From: Bacteroidota bacterium
GTDB lineage: Bacteria; Bacteroidota; Bacteroidia; J057; JADKCL01
Assembly: GCA_039024435.1 (NCBI GenBank)
Contig: JBCCQH010000027.1
Location: 1,963-65,962 of the forward strand
Direction: 5' to 3'
Length of the DNA stretch: 64,000 nucleotides
In this document: positions 47,701-55,339 of the stretch, piece after piece
Layout: each line of letters starts with the position of its first letter
How positions within the stretch are numbered: the first letter of the stretch is position 1
Translations under genes and position numbers: made by a program
The notes under the pieces: model-generated
What the model was told of the DNA's origin: nothing
The model's input: the letters and a program-made list of their open reading frames with translations, nothing else
Database searches by the model: none

Positions 47701-47994
47701 CGCCTGGCGGATGAATTTGCCGAGCGCATCGTCAAGTGGACCCACGAAAGCTACGCCCGGGTGGAGCAAGCGGGCCTGCACCTGCCGGTGCTTCTCAGCA
47801 AGGGCCCAGGGTTGCCGCGGGCCATCTTGTTGGTGCATCCGTTTTGGGATTTGGACCGTCCGGGGGAGGTGCTTGAGGGGGCGATTCAGCTTGCGCTGGA
47901 CCACACGGAGAAGCGGGCGCACTTGCGGTTTTTGGACGTGTTCAATCTGGTGCGCCGCCCGGCTTGGGTCAAGCAGTTCCTGATCGATGATTGA
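41755..47994 (+). CDS. 2079-aa SF2 (DEAD/DEAH-like) helicase with C-terminal DUF1998-like zinc domain; DruE-like or fused DrmA-DrmB-like
   Basis: Motif I TSGTGSGKTE (42121-42141), motif II IIDELHLY (DELH at 42913-42924), SSASLG, motifs V/VI VTTTMEVGVDIG ... QQRVGRGGRSGQ. Several Cys4 ribbons are present (CEVCG, CPCC, CGKC..CTFC, CKECG..CDCG). The C-terminal CVSSCPQCLQTYLNRQVHHLLDW is DUF1998-like. Confidence 0.75.
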   Translation: MDQLISKEPISAFEAIRDKFILYLQTAYRTRFRSLEQEKEALLKQAPNLFQWPYVELQPDYASSGKKIPELSLEDLPALGALLDRFKLLVGGNLFSNKYALYTHQYEMLCTALSGRHSLITSGTGSGKTESFLLPLVAQLVKESGHWGPINRHELGDRSWYEQEGATARAHPYRAHETRPAAVRALVVYPMNALVEDQLTRLRKALDGPRVWDIYDDPEGFAGNRIYFGRYIGPTPVSGTEEPETTGDSGDATRQVNRKSKSFANRSRIQAMRSDYEKITTFLSQEFIPETLRDEDIQFTVPAFPECRQGVELPVSAEMRTRWDMQATPPDILITNFSMLSIMLMRAVEAPIWSQTQAWFHGEDLTDRDALSREVVLQDRIFHVIIDELHLYRNSEGMEDAALLRSLLLSLNMIDADGQLHPRVRILTSSASLGDGQETQDFLAKFFGVFASGEAKTPAFSVINGDSRPFDREVPATMPHAEELVRLAELPGFPEPDPGEVADILRKMVASPVDHAASGPELIRIWYAEHQLKDRIKATFQRHPRREDEPATIPRSVEVLGQKWFPKLADFAAIKALKAFFYLRGRLHDREYPSLRFHYFFKFIQGLWAEAQPNRGTKPEPGHHLKEQKPVGQLSYTPRQLAPGSNNRMFDFLRCEVCGTVFLGGQKKYISPNNHAECQVTISSPDLESPLGNLPTISRQNYLDYAVFWPFSDALDDEVDSQKPYLKRDIPMDWNQRIPNSGKRDRGTWVKASLNTELGILSEGTAIGDAYANGYWFQVRRIKNGALVHQRDPMKIALHAALPNACPCCKQNWGNRQFVKSPIRSFRTGFGKMNQVLLKELAYQLDHDPDQGHFRKLVAFSDSREDAARLAFDIENQHFLNVVEEYMMEIFQHHRKEEQVEEEQLRGIRKRQIEMLDRLQREEDGPEIKEWAQANPDAYREVAQLHNWSKSFLEEEQAQAQAQREKWQRKVDGPIEEVRVVPAWKLLGKAGNTTEMGLLIVRLLQKGINPAGADSHAQFHQGFPWYEFLKVDLSNEQFAWKTPEEMDLRTGEEDVIQEFQKKVIRKLRDSISDVFFSKLVYSLEAAGQGYACVKADPDELETHFQSYGDTKVAGELLYQFLNATIRVLGNNFKYEMASSRYAPNVLPFDAQNDWGKQVERYLAQAAEVLQVEDPRVLKQFFLDQARKQKVLKEYRPSREGSQAGESSGYLLSPDDLHLYLAEPPDPVWRCGKCQRDHLHPSAGVCTFCFSPLAAEPTPELSSRKLAVQNYISHPIVHRREPIRIHCEELSGQTDDPTARQIEFKGVFPEENEQKYRVARQFREIDVLSVTTTMEVGVDIGSLQAVYQANMPPTRYNYQQRVGRGGRSGQAFSVALTLCRGRSHDQYYFENGLHRITGDPAPPPKLSFRYEVIRRSITKHVLRLAFAHLKTEHEVALSSSHKDMHGEFGSLGDWVGGTNFVEQLRAWLGGDRCTGEVRKMWKALVPPDSDLTDKVGDYLNWLRYAESGLVDQIDQAIRKDLDIQPHETLQDLRRENQPKGQLRLSERLSEYGFLPAYGMPSNVRSFFHGSKKGEMLSIDRDLELAIFEFSPGAVRTKDKAEYQVAGLSYPMYFGKQRKRNQYPFLPADPNDRSAIIDQINAFPVMRCKECGKIHGRAEIEAQEYACDCGRTDEASHFDDFTIVIPKAFRATYLGTQNGKTVKQEDSRFASAGSVTIAQPHNLEEVPLLEQNVKLEFSDSHREHPSFVWKLNTNGGNYFRGHLYDDGELVNQWFPENMQPRSAQLSKEKAPENIALGMKKVTDLLFISPREIPAGLKLQPPGKTEDPQVIALNTARQAAVLSGAYILQKVFAERMDIAPEEIEIPQLDFDGAHPRIVLADKLANGAGFVAELKDNFGRILTAAIDAGPGTFLSHALAHATGPDACVSSCPQCLQTYLNRQVHHLLDWRLGISYLRLLAQGEKFDAHLGFASWENEAYPEITDYFRLADEFAERIVKWTHESYARVEQAGLHLPVLLSKGPGLPRAILLVHPFWDLDRPGEVLEGAIQLALDHTEKRAHLRFLDVFNLVRRPAWVKQFLIDD

Positions 47995-48945
47995 TCATTC
48001 CAGGAGGCCGTCGAGCAGCAGTTCGCGGTAGGTGCGGCCATTTTCTGTATGAACCCAAGACCGAGGTCCGGCAGTCTGGCGACCTAGAACGGTAGAAGAG
48101 GCCGCACTTGTGGAACTAAAGACGACATCTTCGGTGAATCGGTAGTGTTTTCCATCTCGTACTACCAACCCTTCGAGCATGAGCTTTTCCCGCAGCCGGA
48201 TCCAGTTGGCACCAATCGACTTTGAGACGCCGTATTTCATCTGTGAGCCCTTGGTTACGACGATGTGGCCGTCTTTGATGTACATGAATGCTTTGAGTCT
48301 GGTCGACTTTATCCGGTACAGGTCTACCGCTTGCTGAATGGGCGACTCCTCTTTCTTCGAAGGAGGTGTCACAGGGTCAGGAGCAGGTTCTTTTTCCGGC
48401 GAAGGCGCACTTTCCTGATTCGGAGCGGTAAGTAGTACGGTCGGATTGGTAAACTCAAACCCCAACAGCGGAAGCAATATCTGCATGTTGCCCAGAAAGT
48501 CGTTCATGCTGTAGCGTTTGCCTTCCGACATGGGCGGCGCTTTGGAGTCTTGTTTGTTTTCGACTTCGGAGGTTTTGTTGTCGTGGGCGAGTTTGATCAA
48601 ACGGTGTTCCAGGTACTTGATGCTGTTGATGTTGAGCAGGGTATCGGTGCTGGTAAAGGCCACAAAAGCATCAAAGGAGCGCCGAGAGCTTTTCGCCAGA
48701 TGGGTCCGCAAACGGTCCCGCAAAGTGCCCGATTGCCCGATGTAAACGCGTTCGGTAAAAGCGTGTCTCTGAGGGGGAGATTTCAATATGTAGACCCCCG
48801 GACGGTCAAATTCGGCGCGTTTCAGGATTTCCCCGGCCCGTTCCACCGGCGAATAGGTCGCCCGGCCCACCCAACTGGTGATCAAGGCCGTCTTAGGACC
48901 TTCCGGAGTTCCGTCCAAAAGCAGCATTTCAATCTCTTTGGCCAT
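47995..48945 (-). CDS. GIY-YIG nuclease domain protein with DUF4357-like C-terminal domain
   Basis: Internal ATG at 48945 (MAKEIEMLLLDG). GIY-YIG motifs: GVYILK ... RVYIGQSGTLRDRLRTH ... YLEHRL. C-terminus: FMYIKDGHIVVTKGS ... FSSTSAASSTVLG. The longer 514-aa ORF extension was rejected. Confidence 0.68.
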   Translation of the reverse strand: MAKEIEMLLLDGTPEGPKTALITSWVGRATYSPVERAGEILKRAEFDRPGVYILKSPPQRHAFTERVYIGQSGTLRDRLRTHLAKSSRRSFDAFVAFTSTDTLLNINSIKYLEHRLIKLAHDNKTSEVENKQDSKAPPMSEGKRYSMNDFLGNMQILLPLLGFEFTNPTVLLTAPNQESAPSPEKEPAPDPVTPPSKKEESPIQQAVDLYRIKSTRLKAFMYIKDGHIVVTKGSQMKYGVSKSIGANWIRLREKLMLEGLVVRDGKHYRFTEDVVFSSTSAASSTVLGRQTAGPRSWVHTENGRTYRELLLDGLLE

Positions 48946-49230
48946 CGCTATACCCTCACAATTTTGCCCTAAATATACAATTTGTCGAATTAATTCATTG
49001 GCGGGTGCTTTGCACGGACGGATGGCACTTTTGCCTGAGAGACCGGGATAGTCCAAACTTTGCTCAGTTGTCGTCTTTTCATGGATTAACTGCCCAATTC
49101 TCAAGCAGTCGTACCGAGAAAGCTGGGGCTGATTCATCGCAACTGCGATGCCGAGGGCGCGTTTTCGGTCGATGATTGGGGACGGAACAATTGCATTGCG
49201 CGGCGGTGGCGGAGCGCGTAAATTATCGGC

Positions 49231-49647
49231 ATGCCATTCCCTTCGTCCACTTCCCGAATCGAGGCATACCCACCCCAAAAAGAAAACCGGGGGACCCGAT
49301 TCCTCCGGATCGCGCTGTACGTGCTGATTGTTCCGCCCCTGGCGTGGACCGCCAGCCTCTTTGCGCTGTATTGCCACGCCGCTTACCTGCTGGGCCATTT
49401 TCCGCACTACAACTTCCCCGACCCCGAACAATTGTTTATTTACGACAGCTATGCCCCGGTCGTAGATTCGGCATTTTCCGTTTGGTTCCTGAGTTTTATT
49501 CCCTGGCTGATTTTGCTGATCACTGCAATTGCCCTCCACTACCGGCGGACCAGTCGGGTGGCGCTACCCATCCTGCTCGGTGGGATCGCTCGGTGCCTAG
49601 CGGTTGGGATTGCCCTGTCGGAAATATTTACCTGGTACGGCGCTTGA
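49231..49647 (+). CDS. hypothetical small membrane protein (3-4 TM)
   Basis: Hydrophobic segments IALYVLIVPPLAWTASLFALY, FSVWFLSFIPWLILLITAIAL and LPILLGGIARCLAVGIAL. Confidence 0.5.
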   Translation: MPFPSSTSRIEAYPPQKENRGTRFLRIALYVLIVPPLAWTASLFALYCHAAYLLGHFPHYNFPDPEQLFIYDSYAPVVDSAFSVWFLSFIPWLILLITAIALHYRRTSRVALPILLGGIARCLAVGIALSEIFTWYGA

Positions 49648-49858
49648 GCCCAGCCCGAGCCCAAGCGCACCAATTCGGGACCGCAAGGTCCAGAAAACAA
49701 CAATACCAGACGAAAACGTGTGCCGGCCCGGCGGTGCTGACCGGACTGGGGTTTCGCCGGGGAGGGGGACTACAAGGAAATGAATACCGTGCCCCGCCAG
49801 GATCACTTTCTCATGATCACATCGGTCGCCGATCCGTTCTCAACCGGCGCGCTCCGGT

Positions 49859-51217
49859 TTAGAGCAATTCCCCGATCAACTGCTCGGCTTGCGCCAGATC
49901 GGCGTGGTCGGCGTGGTCGATGTCTTCGGCCAAAGTGTGCAAGATCTGCTCGTTGATCTCACCCTTGCGCATCGCTTCCGCGTAGGGAGTCCGGGTAAAT
50001 GACACCATCTCGTACAGCGAAATGTAGCGCTCGGGGAAGGTCCGCTCCAGGCGGAATTCAATGGCCTTGCGCAGCAACCAGTCGGAATCCCCGACGCTGT
50101 CGCGCATCTCGATGTAGTGCTCCTGGGCCAAGGTGGCAATGGCCTGGCCATTGGCGACGCGGCGGGAATTGTAGCGTTCAAAGGCGGTCTGCCAGTCCCG
50201 CGATGCTTGAATGCATTCGTGCATCACGGTGCAGTCTTCAAAGGCCGCATTCATGCCCTGGCCGTAAAAGGGCACCACGGCGTGAGCGGCATCGCCCAGC
50301 AGCGCGACTTTGTCCCGGTACACCCAAGGGGAACAACGTACGGTGACCAGATCGGCGGTGGGATTGGCGGTGAATTCCTCGGCAAAATCTGGAATTAGAT
50401 CGAGGGCATCCGGGAATTCGCGGCGGAAAAAGGCTTCGGCCTCGGCTACGGAAGCGTCCAGCGTGGCGAAGCTCTCCTCGCCTTCGCGGGGATAGAACAG
50501 CGTCACGGTAAAGCTGCCGTCCAGATTGGGCAAGGCGATCAGCATGTAGCCACCCCGCGGCCAGATGTGCAGTGCGTGCTTGTCCACCCGCCAGCCTCCA
50601 CCGGCAGCGGGAGGAAAACTCAGCTCTTTGTAAGCGTGACTGTGGAACTCCTGGGAATAGTTGAAGCGCGGAGTTTTTTGCAGGCTGTAGCGCACACCCG
50701 AAAAAGCGCCGTCGCAGGCGAGTACGACCTGACCCTGCACCGAGTGGGTCTCCCCGGTGGCCTCGTGGCGCATTTCTACCGCCCCGGTATCGACATCCAG
50801 CCCCACACAGCGGTAGCGGAAATGAAACCGGATATTGTCGTAGGCGTCCGCCTCGTTGATGAGTAGAAGGTTGAGATCGCCCCGGGAAATGGAGTTGATC
50901 GCGGTGGTGCCGTCCTTGCTGTAGGGCTGGAAATTCGTGTCACCGGCGAGGTCGTGGACGACCCGCCCGCGCATGGGGACGCACATTTTTTTGACCTCTT
51001 CCAGCAGGCCCACTTCCTCCATGGCGTGGAGGCCGCGTACCGAAATCGCCAAATTGATCGAGCGGCCCGCGTACTGTTCGGTGGTCCGCATGTCGGGGCG
51101 GCGTTCGTAGACTTCGACCCGGTAGCCCTGCCGGGCCAGGTACAAGGCCATGAGTGAACCGGCCAGTCCGGCTCCTTGGATGACAATGGGTTCTTGCTTA
51201 TTGATTGACTTCACCAT
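49859..51217 (-). CDS. kmo: kynurenine 3-monooxygenase (FAD-dependent)
   Basis: Start at the internal ATG at 51217. Contains IVIQGAGLAGSLMALYLARQGYRVEVYERRPD, AGRSINLAISVRG, VPMRGRVVH, and LLGDAAHAVVPFYGQGMN. Confidence 0.82.
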   Translation of the reverse strand: MVKSINKQEPIVIQGAGLAGSLMALYLARQGYRVEVYERRPDMRTTEQYAGRSINLAISVRGLHAMEEVGLLEEVKKMCVPMRGRVVHDLAGDTNFQPYSKDGTTAINSISRGDLNLLLINEADAYDNIRFHFRYRCVGLDVDTGAVEMRHEATGETHSVQGQVVLACDGAFSGVRYSLQKTPRFNYSQEFHSHAYKELSFPPAAGGGWRVDKHALHIWPRGGYMLIALPNLDGSFTVTLFYPREGEESFATLDASVAEAEAFFRREFPDALDLIPDFAEEFTANPTADLVTVRCSPWVYRDKVALLGDAAHAVVPFYGQGMNAAFEDCTVMHECIQASRDWQTAFERYNSRRVANGQAIATLAQEHYIEMRDSVGDSDWLLRKAIEFRLERTFPERYISLYEMVSFTRTPYAEAMRKGEINEQILHTLAEDIDHADHADLAQAEQLIGELL

Positions 51218-51323
51218 GCGCGAAAGTATTGAATTTAAAACAACTAGGGCCTGCGATTGTTGGGATTCTCGCTGAATTGCACCGTCGGCAATTTGACGCT
51301 GCCGCAATTCCAAACAATCCGCT

Positions 51324-52058
51324 TTGTTTTCCCGTAATATGAACACTATGGCTCAAAACGACGGCAAACGCATCCTGCGCAGTCTGAAGGTCGCTGGCAT
51401 TGTGGTCGGCCTTCTCTGGGTCATCCATTTTGCCCTGTGGCTCCTGGAGGTAAACGTCGGGGTGCTCGGCATTGTTCCGCGCAGTGTGGCCGGCCTCTCG
51501 GGAATTTTGACCGCACCGCTGGTGCACGGCGATATATTTCACCTGATGTCAAACAGTGCCCCGCTCTTCTTCTTCACCGCCGGCATGCTCTATTTTTATC
51601 CGCGCATCTCCGCGAAGGCATTCGCCTGGATGTATCTGATGACCGGGGTTTGGGTGTGGATTGCGGCCCACGAGGGCTCCCACATTGGGGCTTCGGGGAT
51701 CGTCTATGCTCTGGCGGGGTTTCTCTTTTTCAGTGGGGTGTTTCGGCGGGAAACCCGCAGCATCGCACTGTCTTTGGTGATTGCATTCTTTTACGGAGGA
51801 ATGGTCTGGGGCGTGCTGCCGGGACAGGAAGGCATCTCCTGGGAGTCGCATTTGTTCGGATTGGTGGCCGGTGCGGTGTGTGCATTTTTCTACCGCAAAC
51901 AAGATCTGCCCCTCCGCAAAAAGTACAATTGGGAAGACGACCCAGAATGGGATCCCAACGACGACAAAGCAGTCTGGAACTACGAAAAAAACTGGTCCGG
52001 CGCCCGCGTGGTCTACGTACCGAATTCGTCCGGACCGGACAATGCCGGGGAAGATTGA
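51324..52058 (+). CDS. rhomboid family intramembrane serine protease
   Basis: Six TM-like segments with HGDIFHLMSN, the catalytic GASGIVYALAG, and a His in SHLFGLVAG. The listed start is TTG; ATGs at 51339 and 51348 are alternatives. Confidence 0.75.
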   Translation: MFSRNMNTMAQNDGKRILRSLKVAGIVVGLLWVIHFALWLLEVNVGVLGIVPRSVAGLSGILTAPLVHGDIFHLMSNSAPLFFFTAGMLYFYPRISAKAFAWMYLMTGVWVWIAAHEGSHIGASGIVYALAGFLFFSGVFRRETRSIALSLVIAFFYGGMVWGVLPGQEGISWESHLFGLVAGAVCAFFYRKQDLPLRKKYNWEDDPEWDPNDDKAVWNYEKNWSGARVVYVPNSSGPDNAGED

Positions 52059-52698
52059 CCGCCGGGCTCCCGCAACTATCATCCACACGAAATTTACTGG
52101 GTCGCCCGTAGCGTACCGTACTTGGGACACTACGGGCGATGGATGTATGGTTGGAGTTCGGAGGCAATCAAGGGAATGGCGTCCTCGGCGATTGCCTTCC
52201 ATCGAAGCGTGGATCCTTGCGGCGCGCAGGTTTTGATCAGATTTGTGGTATGGTTCAAGCTGCCGCCCGAAATGGGTGGTTTGCTACGGTCATGAAAAAG
52301 GCTTGCAATAAGGTAGGCGCGGCGGATAGGATCGCAAATTGCCGGGGATTGCTACCGCGCACTCAGGCGGCTTGGGTGTGCGGTTACCGTGGAAGGAAGG
52401 ATGATAAAAGCAGAGACAAGTTGCAATGGCATTGCAAATCGGTACATGGCGTAGATGTTGGTGTTGGTACTAATGTGGGACCAGTTGATCCGGAATGCTA
52501 GTTACCGATTTCTGAGGGCGTCGACAATTGGACCTCGGGCATTTCTTACCCCGATTCGGTTTCCAAAGGAGCTTTTTTCGCCGAAAACTGGGTTTTTATC
52601 GGCCAATGCCTTACGCCTTCAGCCGATCCGCTCACCGGTGTACTTACACTTTGCCCCCACAATTTTTTCAATGCGGTCTCTCCCCAGTGCCACAAAGG

Positions 52699-52734
52699 AA
52701 AAGCGCCCACAGTCTACCGAGCCGGGGCGCTTTT
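52699..52734. terminator. bidirectional intrinsic terminator downstream of the SDR gene
   Basis: AAAAGCGCCC (stem 52702-52708) ... GGGCGCTTTT (stem 52725-52731), with an A-run before and a T-run after. Confidence 0.55.
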
Positions 52735-52826
52735 ATCAAAATAATGAGGAGCTACAAATTTTTCTCAGTCCAGGGCATCGGAGGTCCGAAACCGAGAGGA
52801 CTGCTTTCCGAGCCAGAAGCGAGGGG

Positions 52827-53801
52827 TCAGCCTTCCAGGGGAGAAGCCGGAAACTGTAGCGGAATATTTTGCAACATCTCTTCCGTCATGCGGACGAGGT
52901 CATATTCTGGCTGCCAGCCCCAATCCTGTCTTGCTGCCGAATCATCAATGCTGCTCGGCCAGGAATCGGCAATCGCTTGGCGAAAATCCGTAGAGTAATT
53001 TACTACAAAATTTGGAATAAAGGATTGAATTTGCGCCGCAATTTCCGCCGGGGTAAAACTCAAGGCTCCAATGTTATAGCTGGAGCGAATCTTAATTTGT
53101 TCGGCGGGGGCGTCCATCAATTGCACGGTGGCCCGGATTGCATCCTCCATGTACATCATAGGCAGACAGGCATCGGGCTGTAAAAAGCACTCGTAACGGC
53201 GAGCGGGCGCCAAGGCGTGGTGAAAAATGTCCACCGCATAGTCGGTTGTTCCGCCGCCGGGCAGCGATTTGTATCCGATCAGGCCCGGATAGCGGAGGCT
53301 GCGCACGTCTACCTCGTAGCGCTGGAAGTAGTATTCACACCAGCGTTCCCCGGCCAGCTTGGAGATCCCGTACACCGTATTGGGATCCATCACCGTGTCC
53401 TGTGGCGTCGCTTCCCGCGGGGTTCCTGGACCAAACACCGCAATCGAACTTGGCCAAAACACCTTTTCCAGAGAGGGGCAATCCCGGGCGCAGTTCAGCA
53501 CGTTGAAGAGGCCGTCCATGTTCAGCCGCCAAGCAAATTCCGGATTCTTTTCGCTGGTCGCCGACAGCAGAGCAGCCAGCAGGTAAACCTGGGTGATCCG
53601 CTCGTATTCGACCAGTTCGTAGATGGCTTCGCGGTCCAGGACATCGAGGATCCGAAACGGGCCTTCCTGGGGACGGTCGGGCACCCGCAGATCGCTGGCA
53701 ATGACCGCATTGACTCCGTGACGGGCGCGCAGGAACTGAGTCAGTTCCGTTCCGATTTGGCCGTTGGCTCCGAGAATCAACACCTTGTCTTTTCCTGACA
53801 T
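52827..53801 (-). CDS. NAD-dependent epimerase/dehydratase family protein, likely SDR-type L-threonine 3-dehydrogenase
   Basis: Contains VLILGANGQIGTEL, the catalytic YGISK, and RYPGLIG. The overall layout matches extended-SDR TDHs. Confidence 0.62.
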   Translation of the reverse strand: MSGKDKVLILGANGQIGTELTQFLRARHGVNAVIASDLRVPDRPQEGPFRILDVLDREAIYELVEYERITQVYLLAALLSATSEKNPEFAWRLNMDGLFNVLNCARDCPSLEKVFWPSSIAVFGPGTPREATPQDTVMDPNTVYGISKLAGERWCEYYFQRYEVDVRSLRYPGLIGYKSLPGGGTTDYAVDIFHHALAPARRYECFLQPDACLPMMYMEDAIRATVQLMDAPAEQIKIRSSYNIGALSFTPAEIAAQIQSFIPNFVVNYSTDFRQAIADSWPSSIDDSAARQDWGWQPEYDLVRMTEEMLQNIPLQFPASPLEG

Positions 53802-54020
53802 AGCGATAATGGTTTGGTAGGAAATACGGTACTAAAAATAAAGTATTTTACTCCTCGAACCAAACGATTGTTCGTTTTGTTTTTCCGCTTCACCGGAAAG
53901 ACAAAGTGACAAAATTGGGCTGGAGACCCGGGAAAATGATCCAGTATTTTTTTGCGGTTAAGCTCGTTTGCTCCGGACCATTCCCCTGCGGTGCGCCGGA
54001 ATTTTCCGCATATTTGGAGC

Positions 54021-54680
54021 ATGAAACTCAACTGGCGCACGGTCAAAAGCTACCTCCGGGATGAAGTCGTAGAGGTCAGCGACAGTCCACACAATGGACG
54101 GTTAGAAGTTGGGTACGCCTACGGCAAACTGATGCTGAATACAGAAAATGTAAACTACAGTTACGGGTTGCTGGACAAGGTCATGCGCACGGCGATCTAC
54201 CGGTTGAAGGTTGAGCGCCGGGCGGTCCACGATGTCCTTTTGCTCGGCTTGGGGGCGGGAAATCTCGCCGCGATCCTCGGTGAGCACAAACGGCCCTACC
54301 GCATGGTGGGGGTGGAAATCGATCCCGAGGTGGTGCGACTGGGAAGGAGACACTTTGGGCTGGACGCCTACCCCAGCCTGGAAGTGGTTGTGGCGGATGC
54401 CGTCGACTACATCCGCCAGTGTACCGATCGTTACGATCTCATCATTGTGGACCTGTTTCGGGACGCCTACGTGCCCCGTACCGCCGAGACGGACCAATTT
54501 ATGCTCGGCCTCGCCCGCTGCTTGCACCGGGAAGGCTTGCTGATGTGGAACCGGCTCATGCTGGATGCGGAATTGCGTCAACAAACGGAATCCTTCACCC
54601 GTAAAATGCAGGGCATATTGCCGGGAACCAGCTACATTTCAGCGGCCGGAAATCGCATGTTGTACTATGAAAGAAAATGA
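54021..54680 (+). CDS. spermidine-synthase-like SAM-dependent methyltransferase
   Basis: Contains VLLLGLGAGNLA, VGVEIDPEVV, and YDLIIVDLF. Start at the internal ATG at 54021. Confidence 0.6.
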   Translation: MKLNWRTVKSYLRDEVVEVSDSPHNGRLEVGYAYGKLMLNTENVNYSYGLLDKVMRTAIYRLKVERRAVHDVLLLGLGAGNLAAILGEHKRPYRMVGVEIDPEVVRLGRRHFGLDAYPSLEVVVADAVDYIRQCTDRYDLIIVDLFRDAYVPRTAETDQFMLGLARCLHREGLLMWNRLMLDAELRQQTESFTRKMQGILPGTSYISAAGNRMLYYERK

Positions 54681-55218
54681 ATTTCTGATGACGGTTCTGG
54701 CCGCGGTGGTCCTGGTCCTCGCCGTGAGTGGCTGCGGACCGGGGAAAAATATCATTGGGGCCAATGGAATTAAGGGCGTGCGGCTGGGCGACGAAATGCC
54801 CGCCTACGACGTGGAAAAGGTTGCGGGGATTCCGGTGACTGGCGACAGCATCGCCGAGGAAGGCGAATTTACCTGGCGGGTAGCCACCCTGGGCTACAAG
54901 AAAGGGCCAGTCTACCTGGAAAGTGATTTTTACGGGGCAGAAAATCTCAACCGCATCCGCATCGAAACCCCGGAACTGCGCTTGCGCAATGGCCTCCGCG
55001 TGGGCATGACCGTCGGTGACCTCACCCAAAAGTCGAGTAACTGGATCATTTCCCCGCTGCCCAAGTACAAGCTGTTTGATTTTTACTCCCGCCGCTATCC
55101 CGGAACCCATTTTCTGGTCCACGACCCCGGCCGGTCAATGGAGGACCCCGATTGGGAGAGCTATCGCCCGGACCAGTTTGCGACCGAAGCACCGATTGTG
55201 GCCATCGTGGTGTTGTAA
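54667..55218 (+). CDS. hypothetical lipoprotein
   Basis: Signal peptide with lipobox LAVSGCG. Start at the internal ATG at 54667, overlapping the upstream stop by 14 nt. Confidence 0.55.
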   Translation: MKENEFLMTVLAAVVLVLAVSGCGPGKNIIGANGIKGVRLGDEMPAYDVEKVAGIPVTGDSIAEEGEFTWRVATLGYKKGPVYLESDFYGAENLNRIRIETPELRLRNGLRVGMTVGDLTQKSSNWIISPLPKYKLFDFYSRRYPGTHFLVHDPGRSMEDPDWESYRPDQFATEAPIVAIVVL

Positions 55219-55339
55219 ATGCACAGTGTTAAGGAGCAAAATCCGGGTGGTTCCAGCACAATTTCTGCTCCCCCCACCAACGCGTCGCCCACATTGCTTG
55301 CAGGTTGCAACATTTGTCCCACGACTCCGTTATCACTCT

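Noticed and set aside
42538-47922. Series of long antisense ORFs (42538-43920, 44035-45318, 45388-46455, 46477-47922) inside the giant helicase gene
   Set aside because: Together they tile the opposite strand of one continuous 2079-aa sense ORF that carries helicase motifs. Their products are Gly/Arg/Pro/Leu-rich with no recognisable domains.
48946-49539. 198-aa N-terminal extension of the GIY-YIG ORF (514-aa version)
   Set aside because: The extension is low-complexity (Gln/Pro/Arg/Gly) and overlaps a better membrane-protein ORF on the plus strand (49231-49647). The GIY-YIG domain begins right after the internal ATG at 48945.
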